Source: Nitrospirales bacterium (GTDB lineage: Bacteria > Nitrospirota > Nitrospiria > Nitrospirales > UBA8639). From it: a stretch of 64,000 bases of DNA. The stretch covers positions 928,001 through 992,000 of the forward strand of contig CBDBCZ010000014.1 in assembly GCA_965203295.1 (NCBI GenBank), read 5' to 3'. Position numbers and translations under genes: made by a program. Numbering within the stretch: the stretch's first letter is position 1; each line of letters opens with the position of its first letter. Below, in pieces: positions 14,901 through 27,900 of the stretch. The notes below the pieces were generated by a model. That model saw nothing but the letters and a program-made list of their open reading frames with translations, did not search any database and had not been told where the DNA came from.

Positions 14901-17900
14901 CGTTGGCACCGCTGACACCTCACTTTTACCTTTGCAACATTCAAAAATCGACATATCGACAGAAACATTTTGGGACAGAAAAACAAAAATGCTCGTATAC
15001 TGTTCAGGGTACCGCGTTGGAACCGTTGACACCTCCTTTTCACCTGTGCGTCCTCCTGAAATCGAGATATCGACAAAACAAATTTCGACCTAAAAACGAA
15101 AATGCTCGCAAAGTGTTCAGGGCACCGCTTTGGTACCGTTGACAACTCTTTTTCCCTTGTACGAACTCTAGTAATCGAGATATTGACAAAAACTTTTTGA
15201 TCGAAAAACGAAAATGCTTGTATACTGTTCAGGGCACCGCGTTGGTACCGTTTACTCCTCCCTTTTCCTTGTGCAAACTTTAGAAATTGAGATATCGACC
15301 AAAAAGGTTTTGGATCGAAAAACGAAGATACCTGCATACAGTTCAAGGCATCGCGTTGGTACTATTGACGCCTTCCTTTAACCTGTGTAAACTCCAGAAA
15401 TCGAGATATCGTATAAAAAAATTTTGGAACTAAAAAAACAAAAGCTCGAATACTATTAAGGGTACCGTGTTTGTACCTTAGATTCCTCCCTTTTACCTGT
15501 CCGTCCTCCAGAAATCGAAATATCGACAAAAAAAATTTGGATCGAAAAACAAAAATACTCTCATACTTTTCAGGTCACCGCGTTCGAACCGTTGACACCT
15601 CTTTTTCTCGTGCGAACTCTAGAACTCGAGATATCGTCGTTGGTACCGTTGATACATAACTTTCCCTTGTGCGAACTCGAAAAATCGAGATTTTGACAAA
15701 AAAAGTATTGCACCGAAAAATTAAAATGTTTAGACACTGTTCAGGGTACAGCGTTGGTACGACTGCCACCTTCATTTCACCTGTGCGAGCTCAACATATT
15801 GAGATATCGAAGAAAAATGTTTTTGACCAAAAAAAGAAAATGCTCGTAAACTGTACAGGGCACTACGTTGGAAACGCCGACACCTCCCTTTCACATGTAC
15901 AACCTTCAGAAATAGACATATTGACCGAAACTTTTTACGACCGAAAGACGAAAATGCTCGCATACTGTTCAGGGTACCACGTTGGTACCGTTGACACCTA
16001 TTTTTCCCTTGTGCGAACTTCAGAAATCGAGATATCGACAAAAACAAAATTTCATCGAAAAACGAAAACCCAGACTGTTGAGGGTACCGTTGTTGGTACG
16101 GCTGACACATTCCTTTCATCGGTGCTACCAACACATATCGAGATATTGATGAAAAAATTTATTGTCCTAAAAAAGAAAATGCTTATAAACTGTTCAGAAC
16201 ACCGCGTTGGAACCGCCGTCACCTCCCTTTCACTTGACCGACCTCCAGAAATCGAGATGTCGACGAAAATTTTTTGGGCCAAAAAACGAAAATGCTCGCC
16301 CACTGTTTAAGGCATAGCATTGGGAAAACTGACACCTCCCTTTTACCTCTGCTACCTCAAAAAATTGAAAAATCGAAGAAACAGTTTTGGACGGAAAAAC
16401 GATAATGCTCGCATACAGTTCAGGGTACCGAGTTGGTACCGCTGACACCTCCCTTTCACCTGTGCAACTTCCATAAATCGCAATATCGAAGAAAAAAGTT
16501 TTTGACCTAAAAACGAAAATGTTCGCATACTGTTCAGAGTACCTCGTTGGTACCTCTGACACTTCCCTTTCACCTGTGCGACCTCAAAAAATCGAGATAT
16601 CGACGAAAAAATTTTTGGACCAAACAACGAAAACACTCGTATAATGTTCAGTGCACAGCGTTGGTACCGCTGACACCTCCCTTTCACCTGTGTGACCTCT
16701 AGAAATTGCGATATCGAAGAAAAAATTTTTGGACAGAAAAACGAAAGTGCACGCATACTGTTAAGGGTACCGCGTTGGTGCCTCTGACACTTCCCTTTTA
16801 CCTGTGCGACCTCCAAAAATCGAGATATCGACAAAAAAAATTTTGAATCAATAAGCGAAAACGCTCGTATAATGTTCAGTGCACAGCGTTGGTACCTCTG
16901 ACACTTCCCTTTCATCTGTGCGATCTCGAGAAATCAAGATATCGAAGGAAAAATTTTTGGATCAAACAACGAAAACGCTCGCATAATTTTCAGTGCACCG
17001 CGCTGGTTCCGCTGAAACTTTCCTTTCACCTGTACGACCTCAAAAAATCGTGATATCGACAAAAAAATTTGCACCCTAAAACGAAAGAGTTCCCATAATG
17101 TTTAGTGCACCGCGCTGTTTCCGCTGAAACTTTCCTTTCACCTGTCCGACCACAAAAAATCGAGATATCGACAAAAAAAAATTTGCACCCAAAAACGAAA
17201 ACGTTCGCAAAATGTTCAGTGCACCGCGTTGTTACTGCTGACACTTCCCTTTCCTGGTGCGACCTCCAGAAATCGAGATATCAAAGAAAAATTGTTTGGA
17301 CCTAAAAACAAAAATGCATGCACACTGTTAAGGGCACCTCTTTAGTATTGTTGACACCTACCTTTCACCTGTCCGAAATCCAGAAATCTAGATATCGACG
17401 AAAAAAGTTTTAGACCCAAAAACGAAAATGCTCGCATACTGTTCAGGGCACCGCGTTGGAACCACTGACACCTCCCTTTCACTTGTACGACATCTAAAAA
17501 TTGTGATATCGAAGAAAAAAATTTTTGACAGAAAAACGATAAAGCTCGCATACCGTTCAGGGCACTGCGTTTGTACCATTGATACCTCCCTTTTCTCCTG
17601 TTCGACCTCCAGAAATCGTGATATCGAAGAAAATTTTTTGGACAGAAAAACGAAAATGTACACATACTGTTCAGGTCAACGCGTTGGTACCGCTGACACG
17701 TCACTTTAACTTGTCCGTCCTCTAGAAATCGAGATATTGACGAAACATTTTTTGGACCGAAAAACGAAAATGTACGCATACTGTTCAGGTCAACGCGTTG
17801 GTACCGTTGACACCTCCCTTTTACTTGTCCGACCTCTAGAAATCGAGATATTGACGAAACATTTTTTGGACCGAAAAACGAAAATGCTAGGATACTGTTC

Positions 17901-18038
17901 AGGGCATCACGTTGGTACCGCTTAAACCTCCCTTTCACCTGTTCGACCTCCAAAAATCGAGATAGAGAAAAAAAAAATTTGGACCAAAAAACGAAAATGC
18001 TAGTATATTGTTCAGGTCACCGCGTTGGTACCGTTGAC
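8970..18038 (+). repeat. Central tandem satellite, ~115-bp unit, roughly 75-80 copies, single orientation
   Basis: Consensus approximately gaaaaacgaaaatgctcgcatactgttcagggcaccgcgttggtaccgctgacacctccctttcacctgtgcgacctccagaaatcgagatatcgacaaaaaaatttttggacc; near-identical 115-bp copies at ~10970-11400. Confidence 0.95.
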
Positions 18039-18240
18039 TTTTTATTTTAATTTTTTTTCGTTTTATTTTTTCTTTCCTTATTTATTTTTTTATTTTATTT
18101 CTTATTTTCCATTTTATTTTTTCTATATTTTTTTTCTCTTTTTTCTTTTACTATTAATTAGTCTTTTACTCAATACCTCCTAAATATGTCAGAAAATCTA
18201 TTTTGGCTTATAAGCCTTTTCCGGTCACCACATCTTTACT

Positions 18241-18324
18241 AGGACTATGGTGTGTGTGGTAAGTTCTAGGCTATTGAACAAACATTCCCAAGTTCGATTC
18301 CCAGAAGGTGCACCTTTTTTTTTT
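18241..18324 (+). promoter_or_regulatory. tRNA-derived Pol III unit (A box + B box + T-run), facing outward
   Basis: TGGTGTGTGTGG (18248-18259), AGTTCGATTCC (18291-18301), T10 at 18315-18324, TTATAA near 18207; diverged inverted copy of 8681-8752. Confidence 0.68.
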
Positions 18325-18910
18325 CCACCGATTTAATTTTTTTTTTTTGCTTAGGCCGTAAAGGGTTAATTTTCTTTTTTCCTTCCTTTTTCTTTTATTT
18401 ATTTTTTCTTTTTCTTTTCTATTTCTTTTTCTTTTGAATATTTTTCTTTCCTTTTCTCATACTTTTTCTTTTTTTTTCTTTTTTCCTTTTTTCCCTCTTT
18501 TTCATTTTCTTTTTCTTTGCATTTTTCTCAATTATTTTTTCTATTTTATATTTCTTTTCCTTTTTTCTTTTTGCTTTCCTTTTAATTTCTTTTTTCGATT
18601 TTTATTCACATTTTCTTTTTTGGATTTTTTCTTTTTCTTTTTCCTTCGCTTTCCTTTTTTTTTCACTTTTTTGGTTTATTCTCTTTTTAAAAGTTTCTTT
18701 TTCCCTTTTCTATTCCCATTTTCCTTTTCTTTTGATTTTTTCTTTTTCTTTTTCCTTCGCTTCTTTCCTTTTTTCATTTTTTTGGTTTATTCCCTCTTTA
18801 AAAGTTTTTTTTTTTCGGTTTTCTTTTCACATTTTCTTTTTCTTTTGATTTTTTCTTTTTCTTTTTCCTTCTTTTTCCTTTTTTTCATTTTTTTGGTTTA
18901 TTCCCTTTTT
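18325..18910 (+). repeat. T/C-rich low-complexity tract, mirror of 8231-8680
   Basis: Near-pure pyrimidine tract. Confidence 0.9.
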
Positions 18911-21900
18911 AGTATACACAATTATAAAGATTTAATTAGTCGCCTTAATGTTTTGTACATTACTTACCCTTTGTTCGTTCCTTTATCCTTAGTTAACTGC
19001 ATACAAAGTTAGCTGTATTCTGAATACTTTTGGACGCTAGTGTTCCAAATTCATGACACACAGACATCACTGAGCTTATGGCTCATGCTGTGATTCTAGC
19101 GAGCCATAAAAATGGGCCAGCAAAATAATTCATGAACAACCGAAGCCTGGAAGAAAAAAGAGAAGGCAGTACACATAATATACATAAACTTACATACGCA
19201 TACACGACCATACAAAAATATATACGTGTATTTACATCAAGTAAACATAGATTAACACAAGTATACACTAGTATAAAGAGGTATACTCGGGTATCTACAT
19301 TTACTTACAAAAGTATACACGTGTATACTCAAGTATACCGTGGTAGACACAACCATACCAAGTATTCACTGGTATACATGGCTAAACATAAGTGTACACA
19401 AGAATAGACAGGTATACAGAGGTATACAAATAGGTATACACAACTTTACACGAGTAAAACCAAGTATACACAAGCGTGTGTATAATCAGCTACAGTCTCA
19501 TAAACAGGTACACGCAGGTATATGTGCGTATTTACATGTATACACAGGTATACCAAGTACACAAAGGCTTACACGACATGTGTATAAACGTTTAAACAGA
19601 TATGCACAAGTATACGCGGGTATAAACACCCACATGAATACACGAAAATACACAAGAATATACACGCGTATACTCATGTATACACTGGTATATACAAGTA
19701 TACAATGGCATAAAAATGGTAAACATTGGTGTATACATTTCATATACACGAGTAAACAGCCATACACAAGTATACGCGGATATGCACACGTATGCACATG
19801 AATACACACGTATGCACATGTATACCCAGGTATACAAAAACTTACACGATATTTACAGTTTTATACACTAGTAAACACAGGTATAAACAAGTACAAACTG
19901 GTAAACACACGTGTGCGCATGTATACAAGGCATACACAAGTATACAAAGGTAAAAAGAGGCATAAATGGATATTTATATTTGTATACACTAGTAAACACA
20001 GGTATACTCAAGTACACACGGGTATACACACGTATGCACTCCTATACACAAGTATACAGAGGTATAAAGTATATACATTTATATACCAGAGTAATCACAG
20101 GTATTCCAAAGTATTCGCGGGTTTACACACGTATGCAAATGTAAAAACAGGTATACACTATATCAACCGGCTTAAAGATATATACAAGGGTATCTACATT
20201 ACCTTTCCTTTGTTAACATACTTTTATCCCCAGATATGAGCTGTTATCCTGATACTTTGGATGCTAGTGTTCAAAATTCAAGGCACACTCATCACTGAGT
20301 GTATGGCCCTTCTGGTGAAGCCAGCGAGCCGTTAAAATCGGCCAGTCATGAACTACCATCTCCTGAAAGAATAAAAGAGAAGGCAGTATACATAAGTACA
20401 CTTGTTTACACAAGCATACACAAGTTAAAAACGACTAATTAAGTATATACATGGGTATACGCAAGCATACACAGGAATACAGATGTATACACGGGAATAC
20501 TAAAGTATACACGCATAAAAACTATACACATAAAATTCACCATTAAACACGGCTTTACACAAGAATACACAATTATACATGTGTATACACAAGCATACTC
20601 AGTTATGCATACACCAACAAACAAGGGTAGACACAAATATAGACAAGTATACACAGGTATGCCTACATCAGCAAACACGGGAATACACAATTATGCACAA
20701 GTATACACAGGTTAACAGAAGTATCATGGGTATACAGGAGCATAGACAAGTATACACAATTATATGCTAAAATACACAAGTATGCACAGGTATACTAAGG
20801 TTTATACATTTTTAAACCAGGTATACACAAGTATACACAAGATTAATCGGGTATACACAAGTTTACACAAGTTTACACGTCTATACACATGTATGCACAG
20901 GTATTCACAAGTCTACACAAGTATACACGTGTTTACACGTTTTTACACAAGTAAACAAGTACACACATGTATACACAGGTATATGGAAGTATAAAAAGGC
21001 ATAAAGAGGTATTCACGGATATCTACATTTGTATACTCGAGTAAACCCAGGCATACACAAGTATTCATAGGTATACATAATATGCACATGTATACACAGG
21101 CCCAAACAAGTATACACAAGTATAAAGAGGTACACACGGGTACCTAAATTTGTATACACGAGTTAACACAGGTATACACAGGTATACGTGGGTATACGCA
21201 TGAGTGCAGAAGTACACACAGGTATAAACTGGTATATACGGGTATCTACATTTGTATACACAAGTAAAAACCGGTATACACAAGTATACACAAGTATAAA
21301 GAGGTATACTCGGGTATCTACATTTTTATACAAAAGTATACGTGTATACTCAAGCATACCGTGGTAGACAAAACCATACCACAGGTAAACAAGTATTCAC
21401 TGGTATACACGGCTATGCACAAGTGTACACAATAATAGACAGGTATACAGAGGTATACAAATAGGTATACACAACTATACGCGAGTAAAACCAAGTATAC
21501 ACAAGCGCAAGTGTGTATAAACAGGTACAGTCTCATAAACTGGTATACACAAGTATATGAGCGTATTTACATGTATACACAGGTATACGCAGGTACACAC
21601 AGGTTTACACGGCTATCTACATGTGTATAAACGTTTAAACAGGTATGCACAAGTATACGCTGGTATAAACACATCCACATGAACACACGAAAATACACAA
21701 GGATATACACGCGCATACTCATGTATACACTGGTATATACTAGTATACACAGGCATAAAAAAGGTACACATTGGTATCTATATTTTATATACACGATTAA
21801 ACAGCCATACACAAGTATACGCGGGTATGCATAAGTATGCACATGTATACCCACGTATGCACATGTATACAAAGGTATACAAAAACATACACGGTATTTA

Positions 21901-24900
21901 CAGTTTTATACACTAGTAAACACAGGTATACACAAGTAAGAAAAGTTATACACACGTGTGCGCATGTATACAAGGCATACACAAGTATAAAAGGTATAAA
22001 GAGGCATCAATGGGTATTTACATTTGTATACACTAGTAAACACAGGTATACTGAAGTATACACGGGTATTCACACGTAAGCACTCGTATACACAAGAATA
22101 CACAGGTATACAGTATATACATTTATATACCAGAGTAATCACGAAGTATACGCGGGTTTACACACGTATGCAAATGTATAAACAGGTATACACCATATGA
22201 ACCGGTATAAAGATTTATACAAGGGTATCTACATTACCTATCCTTTGTTAACATACTTTTATCTCCAGATATGAGCTGTTATCCGGATACTTTGGATGCT
22301 AGCTTTCCAAATTCATGACACACTCATCACTGAGTGTATGGCCCTTCTGGTGATGCCAACGAGCCATAAAAATGGGCCAGTCATGAACTACCATCTCCTG
22401 AAAGAATAAAAGAGAAGGCAGTATACACAAATACACGTGTTTACACAAGCATACACCAGTAAAAATGACTAATTAAGTATATACATGGGTATAAACAAAC
22501 ATACACAGGAATACAGATGTATACACGGGAATAAAAAAGTATACACGGGTAAAAACTATACACAGATAAAATTAACCATTAAACTCGGCTTTACACCAGT
22601 ATACACAATTATACATGTGTATACACAAGTATACACAGTTATGCATACACCAACAAACAAGGGTATACACAATATAGACAAGTATACACAGGTATGCCTA
22701 AATCAGCGAACACGGGTATACACAAATATGCACAAGTATACACAGGTTAACAGAAGTATACATGGGTATATACGAGCATACACGAGTATACACAATGATA
22801 TGCTCAAATACACAAGTATGCACAGGTATACAAAGGCTCATACAGGTTTAAACCAGGTATACACAAGTATACACAAGATTACACGGGTATACACAAGTTT
22901 ACACAAGTTTACACAAGTTTACACTTCTATACACATGTATGCACAAGTATATACAAGTATACACAAGTATACACGTGTTTACACGTGTTTACACAAGTAA
23001 ACACAAGTACACACATGTACACACAGGTATACGGAAGTATACAAAGGCATAAAGAGGTATTCATGAATATCTACATTTGTATACTCGAGTAAACCCAGGC
23101 AACCACAAGTATACGCAGGTATACACCATATGCACATGTATACGCAGGCACAAACAAGTATACACAAGTATAAAGAGGTACATACGGGTACATAAATTTG
23201 TATACACGAGTTAACACAGGTATACACAGGTATACGTGGGTATACGCATGAGTGCAGAAGTACACACAGGTATAAACTGGTATATACGGGTATCTACATT
23301 TGTATACACAAGTAAAAACCGGTATACACAAGTATACACAAGTATAAAGAGGTATACTCGGTTATCTACATTTGTATACAAAAGTATACATGTGTATACT
23401 CAAGTATACCGTGGTAGACAACCATACCACAGGTAAACAAGTATTCACTGGTATACACGGCTATGCACAAGTGTACACAAGAACAAACAGGTATACAGAG
23501 GTATACAAATAGGTATACACAACTATACGCGTGTAAAACCAAGTATACACAAGCGTAAGTGTGTATAAACAGGTACAGTCTCATAAACTGGTATACACAA
23601 GTATATGTGCGTATTTACAAGTATACACAGGTATACGCAGGTACACACAGGTTTACGCGGGTATCTAACTGTGTATAAGCGTTTAAACAGGTATGCACAA
23701 GTATATACGGGTATAAGCACACATCCACATGAACACAAGAATACACAAGGATATTCACGCGTATACTCATGTATACACTGGTATATACAAGTATACACAG
23801 GCATAAAAAGGGTACACATGGGTATCTACATTTTATATACACGAGTAAACAGGTATACACAAGTATACGCGGGTATGCACACGTATGCACATGTATACAA
23901 AGGTATACAAAAACATACACGGTATTTAGTTTTATACACTAGTAAACAGGTATACGCAAGTAACAACAGGTATACACACGTGTGCACATGTATACAAGGC
24001 ATACACAAGTATAAAAGGTATAAAGAGGCATCAATGGGTATTTACATTTGTATACACTAGTAAACACAGGTATACTGAAGTATACACGGGTATACACACG
24101 TAAGCACTCGTATACACAAGAATACACAGGTATACAGTATATACATTTATATACCAGAGTAATCACGAAGTATACGCGGGTTTACACACGTATGCAAATG
24201 TATAAACAGGTATACACCATATGAACCGGTATAAAGATATATACAAGGGTATTTACATTACCTATCCTTTGTTAACATACTTTTATCTCCAGATATGAGC
24301 TGTTATCCGGATACTTTGGATGCTAGCTTTCCAAATTCATGACACACTCATCACTGAGTGTATGGCCCTTCTGGTGATGCCAGCGAGCCATAAAAATGGG
24401 CCAGTCATGAACTACCATCTCCTGAAAGAATAAAAGAGAAGGCAGTATACACAAATACACGTGTTTACACAAGCATACACCAGTAAAAATGACTAATTAA
24501 GTATAACCATGGGTATAAACAAACATACACAGGAATACAGATGTATACACGGGAATACAAAAGTATACACGGGTAAAAACTATACACAGATAAAATTCAC
24601 CATTAAACTCGGCTTTACACAAGTATACACAATTATACATCTGTATACACAAGTATACACAGTTATGCATACACTAACAAACAAGGGTATACACAAATAT
24701 AGACAAGTATACACAGGTATGCCTAAATCAGCGAACACGGGTATACACAAATATGCACAAGTATACACAGGTTAACAGAAGTATACATGGGTATATACAA
24801 GCATACACGAGTATACACAATGATATGCTCAAATACACAAGTATGCACAGGTATACAAAGGCTCATACAGGTTTAAACCAGGTATACACAAGTATACACA

Positions 24901-27900
24901 AGATTACACGGGTATACACAAGTTTACACAAGTTTACACAAGTTTACACAAGTTTACACTTCTATACACATGTATGCACAAGTATATACAAGTATACACA
25001 AGTATACACGTGTTTACACGTGTTTACACAAGTAAACACAAGTACACACATGTATACACAGGTATACGGAAGTATACAAAGGTATAAAGAGGTATTCATG
25101 AATATCTACATTTGTATACTCGAGTAAACCCAGGCAACCACAAGTATACGCAGGTATACACAATATGCACATGTATACACAGGCACAAACAAGTATACAC
25201 AAGTATAAAGAGGTACACACGGGTACCTAAATTTGTATACACGAGTTAACACAGGTATACACAGGTATACGTAGGTATACGCACGAGTGCAGAAGTATAC
25301 ACAGGTATGCATAAGTACACACAGGTATAAACTGGTATATACGAATATTTACATTTGTATACACAAGTAAACATAGGTAAACACAAGTATACACTAGTAT
25401 AAAGAGGTATACTCGGGTATCTACATTTATATACAAAAGTATACACGTGTATACTCAAGTATACCGTGGTAGACACAACCATACCACAGGTAAACAAGTA
25501 TTCACTGGTATACACGGCTATGCACAAGTGTACACAAGAATAGACAGGTATACAGAGGTATACAAATAGGTATACACAACTATACGCGAGTAAAACCAAG
25601 TATACACAAGCGTAAGTGTGTATAAACAGGTACAGTCTCATAAACTGGTATACACAAGTATATGTGCATATTTACATGTATACACAGGTATACGCAGGTA
25701 CACACAGGTTTACGCGGGTATCTAACTGTGTATAAACGTTTAAACAGGTATGCACAAGTATACGCGGGTATAAGCACACATCCACATGAACACAAGAATA
25801 CACAAGGATATTCACGCGTATACTCATGTATACACTGGTATATACAAGTATACACAGGCACAAAAAGGCTACACATAGGTATCTACATTTACACACGTAT
25901 GCAATGTATAAACAGGTATACACTATATGAACCGGTATAAAGATATATACAAGGGTATCTACATTACCTATCCTTTGTTAACATACTTTTATCCCCAGAT
26001 ATGAGCTGTTATCCTGATACTTTGGATGCTAGTGCTCCAAATTTATGACACACACATCACTGAGTGTATGGCCCTTCCGGTGTTGCCAGCGAGCCATAGA
26101 AATCAGCCAGTCATGAACTACCATCTCCTGAAGGAATAAAAGAGAAGGCAGTATACTCGTATACACAAGTATACGCGGGTATAAGCACACATCCACATGA
26201 ACACAAGAATACACAAGGATATTCACGCGTATACTCATGCATACACTGGTATATACAAGTATACACAGGCATAAAAAGGGTACACATGGGTATCTACATT
26301 TTATATACACGAGTAAACAGGCATACACAAGTATACGCGGGTATGCACACGTATGCACATGTATACACAGGTATACAAAAACAAACACGGTATTTACAGT
26401 TTTATACACTAGTAAACACAGGTATACACAAGTAAAAACAGGAATACACACGTGTGCGCATGTATACAAGGCATACACAAGTATACAAAGGTATAAAGAG
26501 GCATAAATTGGTATTTACAATTGTATACACTAGTAAATACAGGTATACTCAAGTACACACGGGTATACACACGTATGCACTCGTATACACAAGTATACAC
26601 AGGTATAAAGTATATACATTTATATACTGGAGTAATCGCAGGTATTCCAAAGTATGCGCGGGTTTACACACGTATGCAAATGTATAAACAGGTATACACT
26701 ATATGAACTGGTATAAAGATATATACAAGGGTATCCACATTACCTATCCTTTGTTAACATACTTTTATCCCCAGATATGAGCTGTTATCCTGATACTTTG
26801 GATGCTAGTGTTCCAAATTCATGACACACACATCACTGAGTTTATGGCCCTTCTGGTGATGCCAGCGAACCATGAAAATGGGCCAGTCATGAACTACCAT
26901 CTCCTGAAAGAATAAAAGAGAAGGCAGTATACACAAATACACGTGTTTACACAAGCATACACCAGTAAAAATGACTAATTAAGTATATACATGGGTATAA
27001 ACAAACATACACAGGAATACAGATGTATACACGGGAATAAAAAAGTATACAAGGGTAAAAACTATACACAGATAAAATTAACCATTAAACTCGGCTTTAC
27101 ACCAGTATACACAATTATACATGTGTATACACAAGTATACACAGTTATGCATACACCAACAAACAAGGGTATACACAATATAGACAAGTATACACAGGTA
27201 TGCCTAAATCAGCGAACACGGGTATACACAAATATGCACAAGTATACACAGGTTAACAGAAGTATACATGGGTATATACGAGCATACACGAGTATACACA
27301 ATGATATGCTCAAATACACAAGTATGCACAGGTATACAAAGGCTCATACAGGTTTAAACCAGGTATACACAAGTATACACAAGATTACACGGGTATACAC
27401 AAGTTTACACAAGTTTACACAAGTTTACACAAGTTTACACTTCTATACACATGTATGCACAAGTATATACAAGTATACACAAGTATACACGTGTTTACAC
27501 GTGTTTACACAAGTAAACACAAGTACACACATGTACACACAGGTATACGGAAGTATACAAAGGCATAAAGAGGTATTCATGAATATCTACATTTGTATAC
27601 TCGAGTAAACCCAGGCAACCACAAGTATACGCAGGTATACACCATATGCACATGTATACGCAGGCACAAACAAGTATACACAAGTATAAAGAGGTACATA
27701 CGGGTACATAAATTTGTATACACGAGTTAACACAGGTATACACAGGTATACGTGGGTATACGCATGAGTGCAGAAGTACACACAGGTATAAACTGGTATA
27801 TACGGGTATCTACATTTGTATACACAAGTAAAAACCGGTATACACAAGTATACACAAGTATAAAGAGGTATACTCGGTTATCTACATTTGTATACAAAAG

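Noticed and set aside
9214..17953. ORFs in the central array
   Set aside because: The 115-bp period is not a multiple of 3 and the frames break constantly; satellite translation.
8970..18038. CRISPR-like array
   Set aside because: Whole units are homologous with no unique spacers, there are no cas genes, and the context is eukaryotic.
18434..19012. 192-aa Phe-rich ORF
   Set aside because: Translation of the T-rich low-complexity tract.
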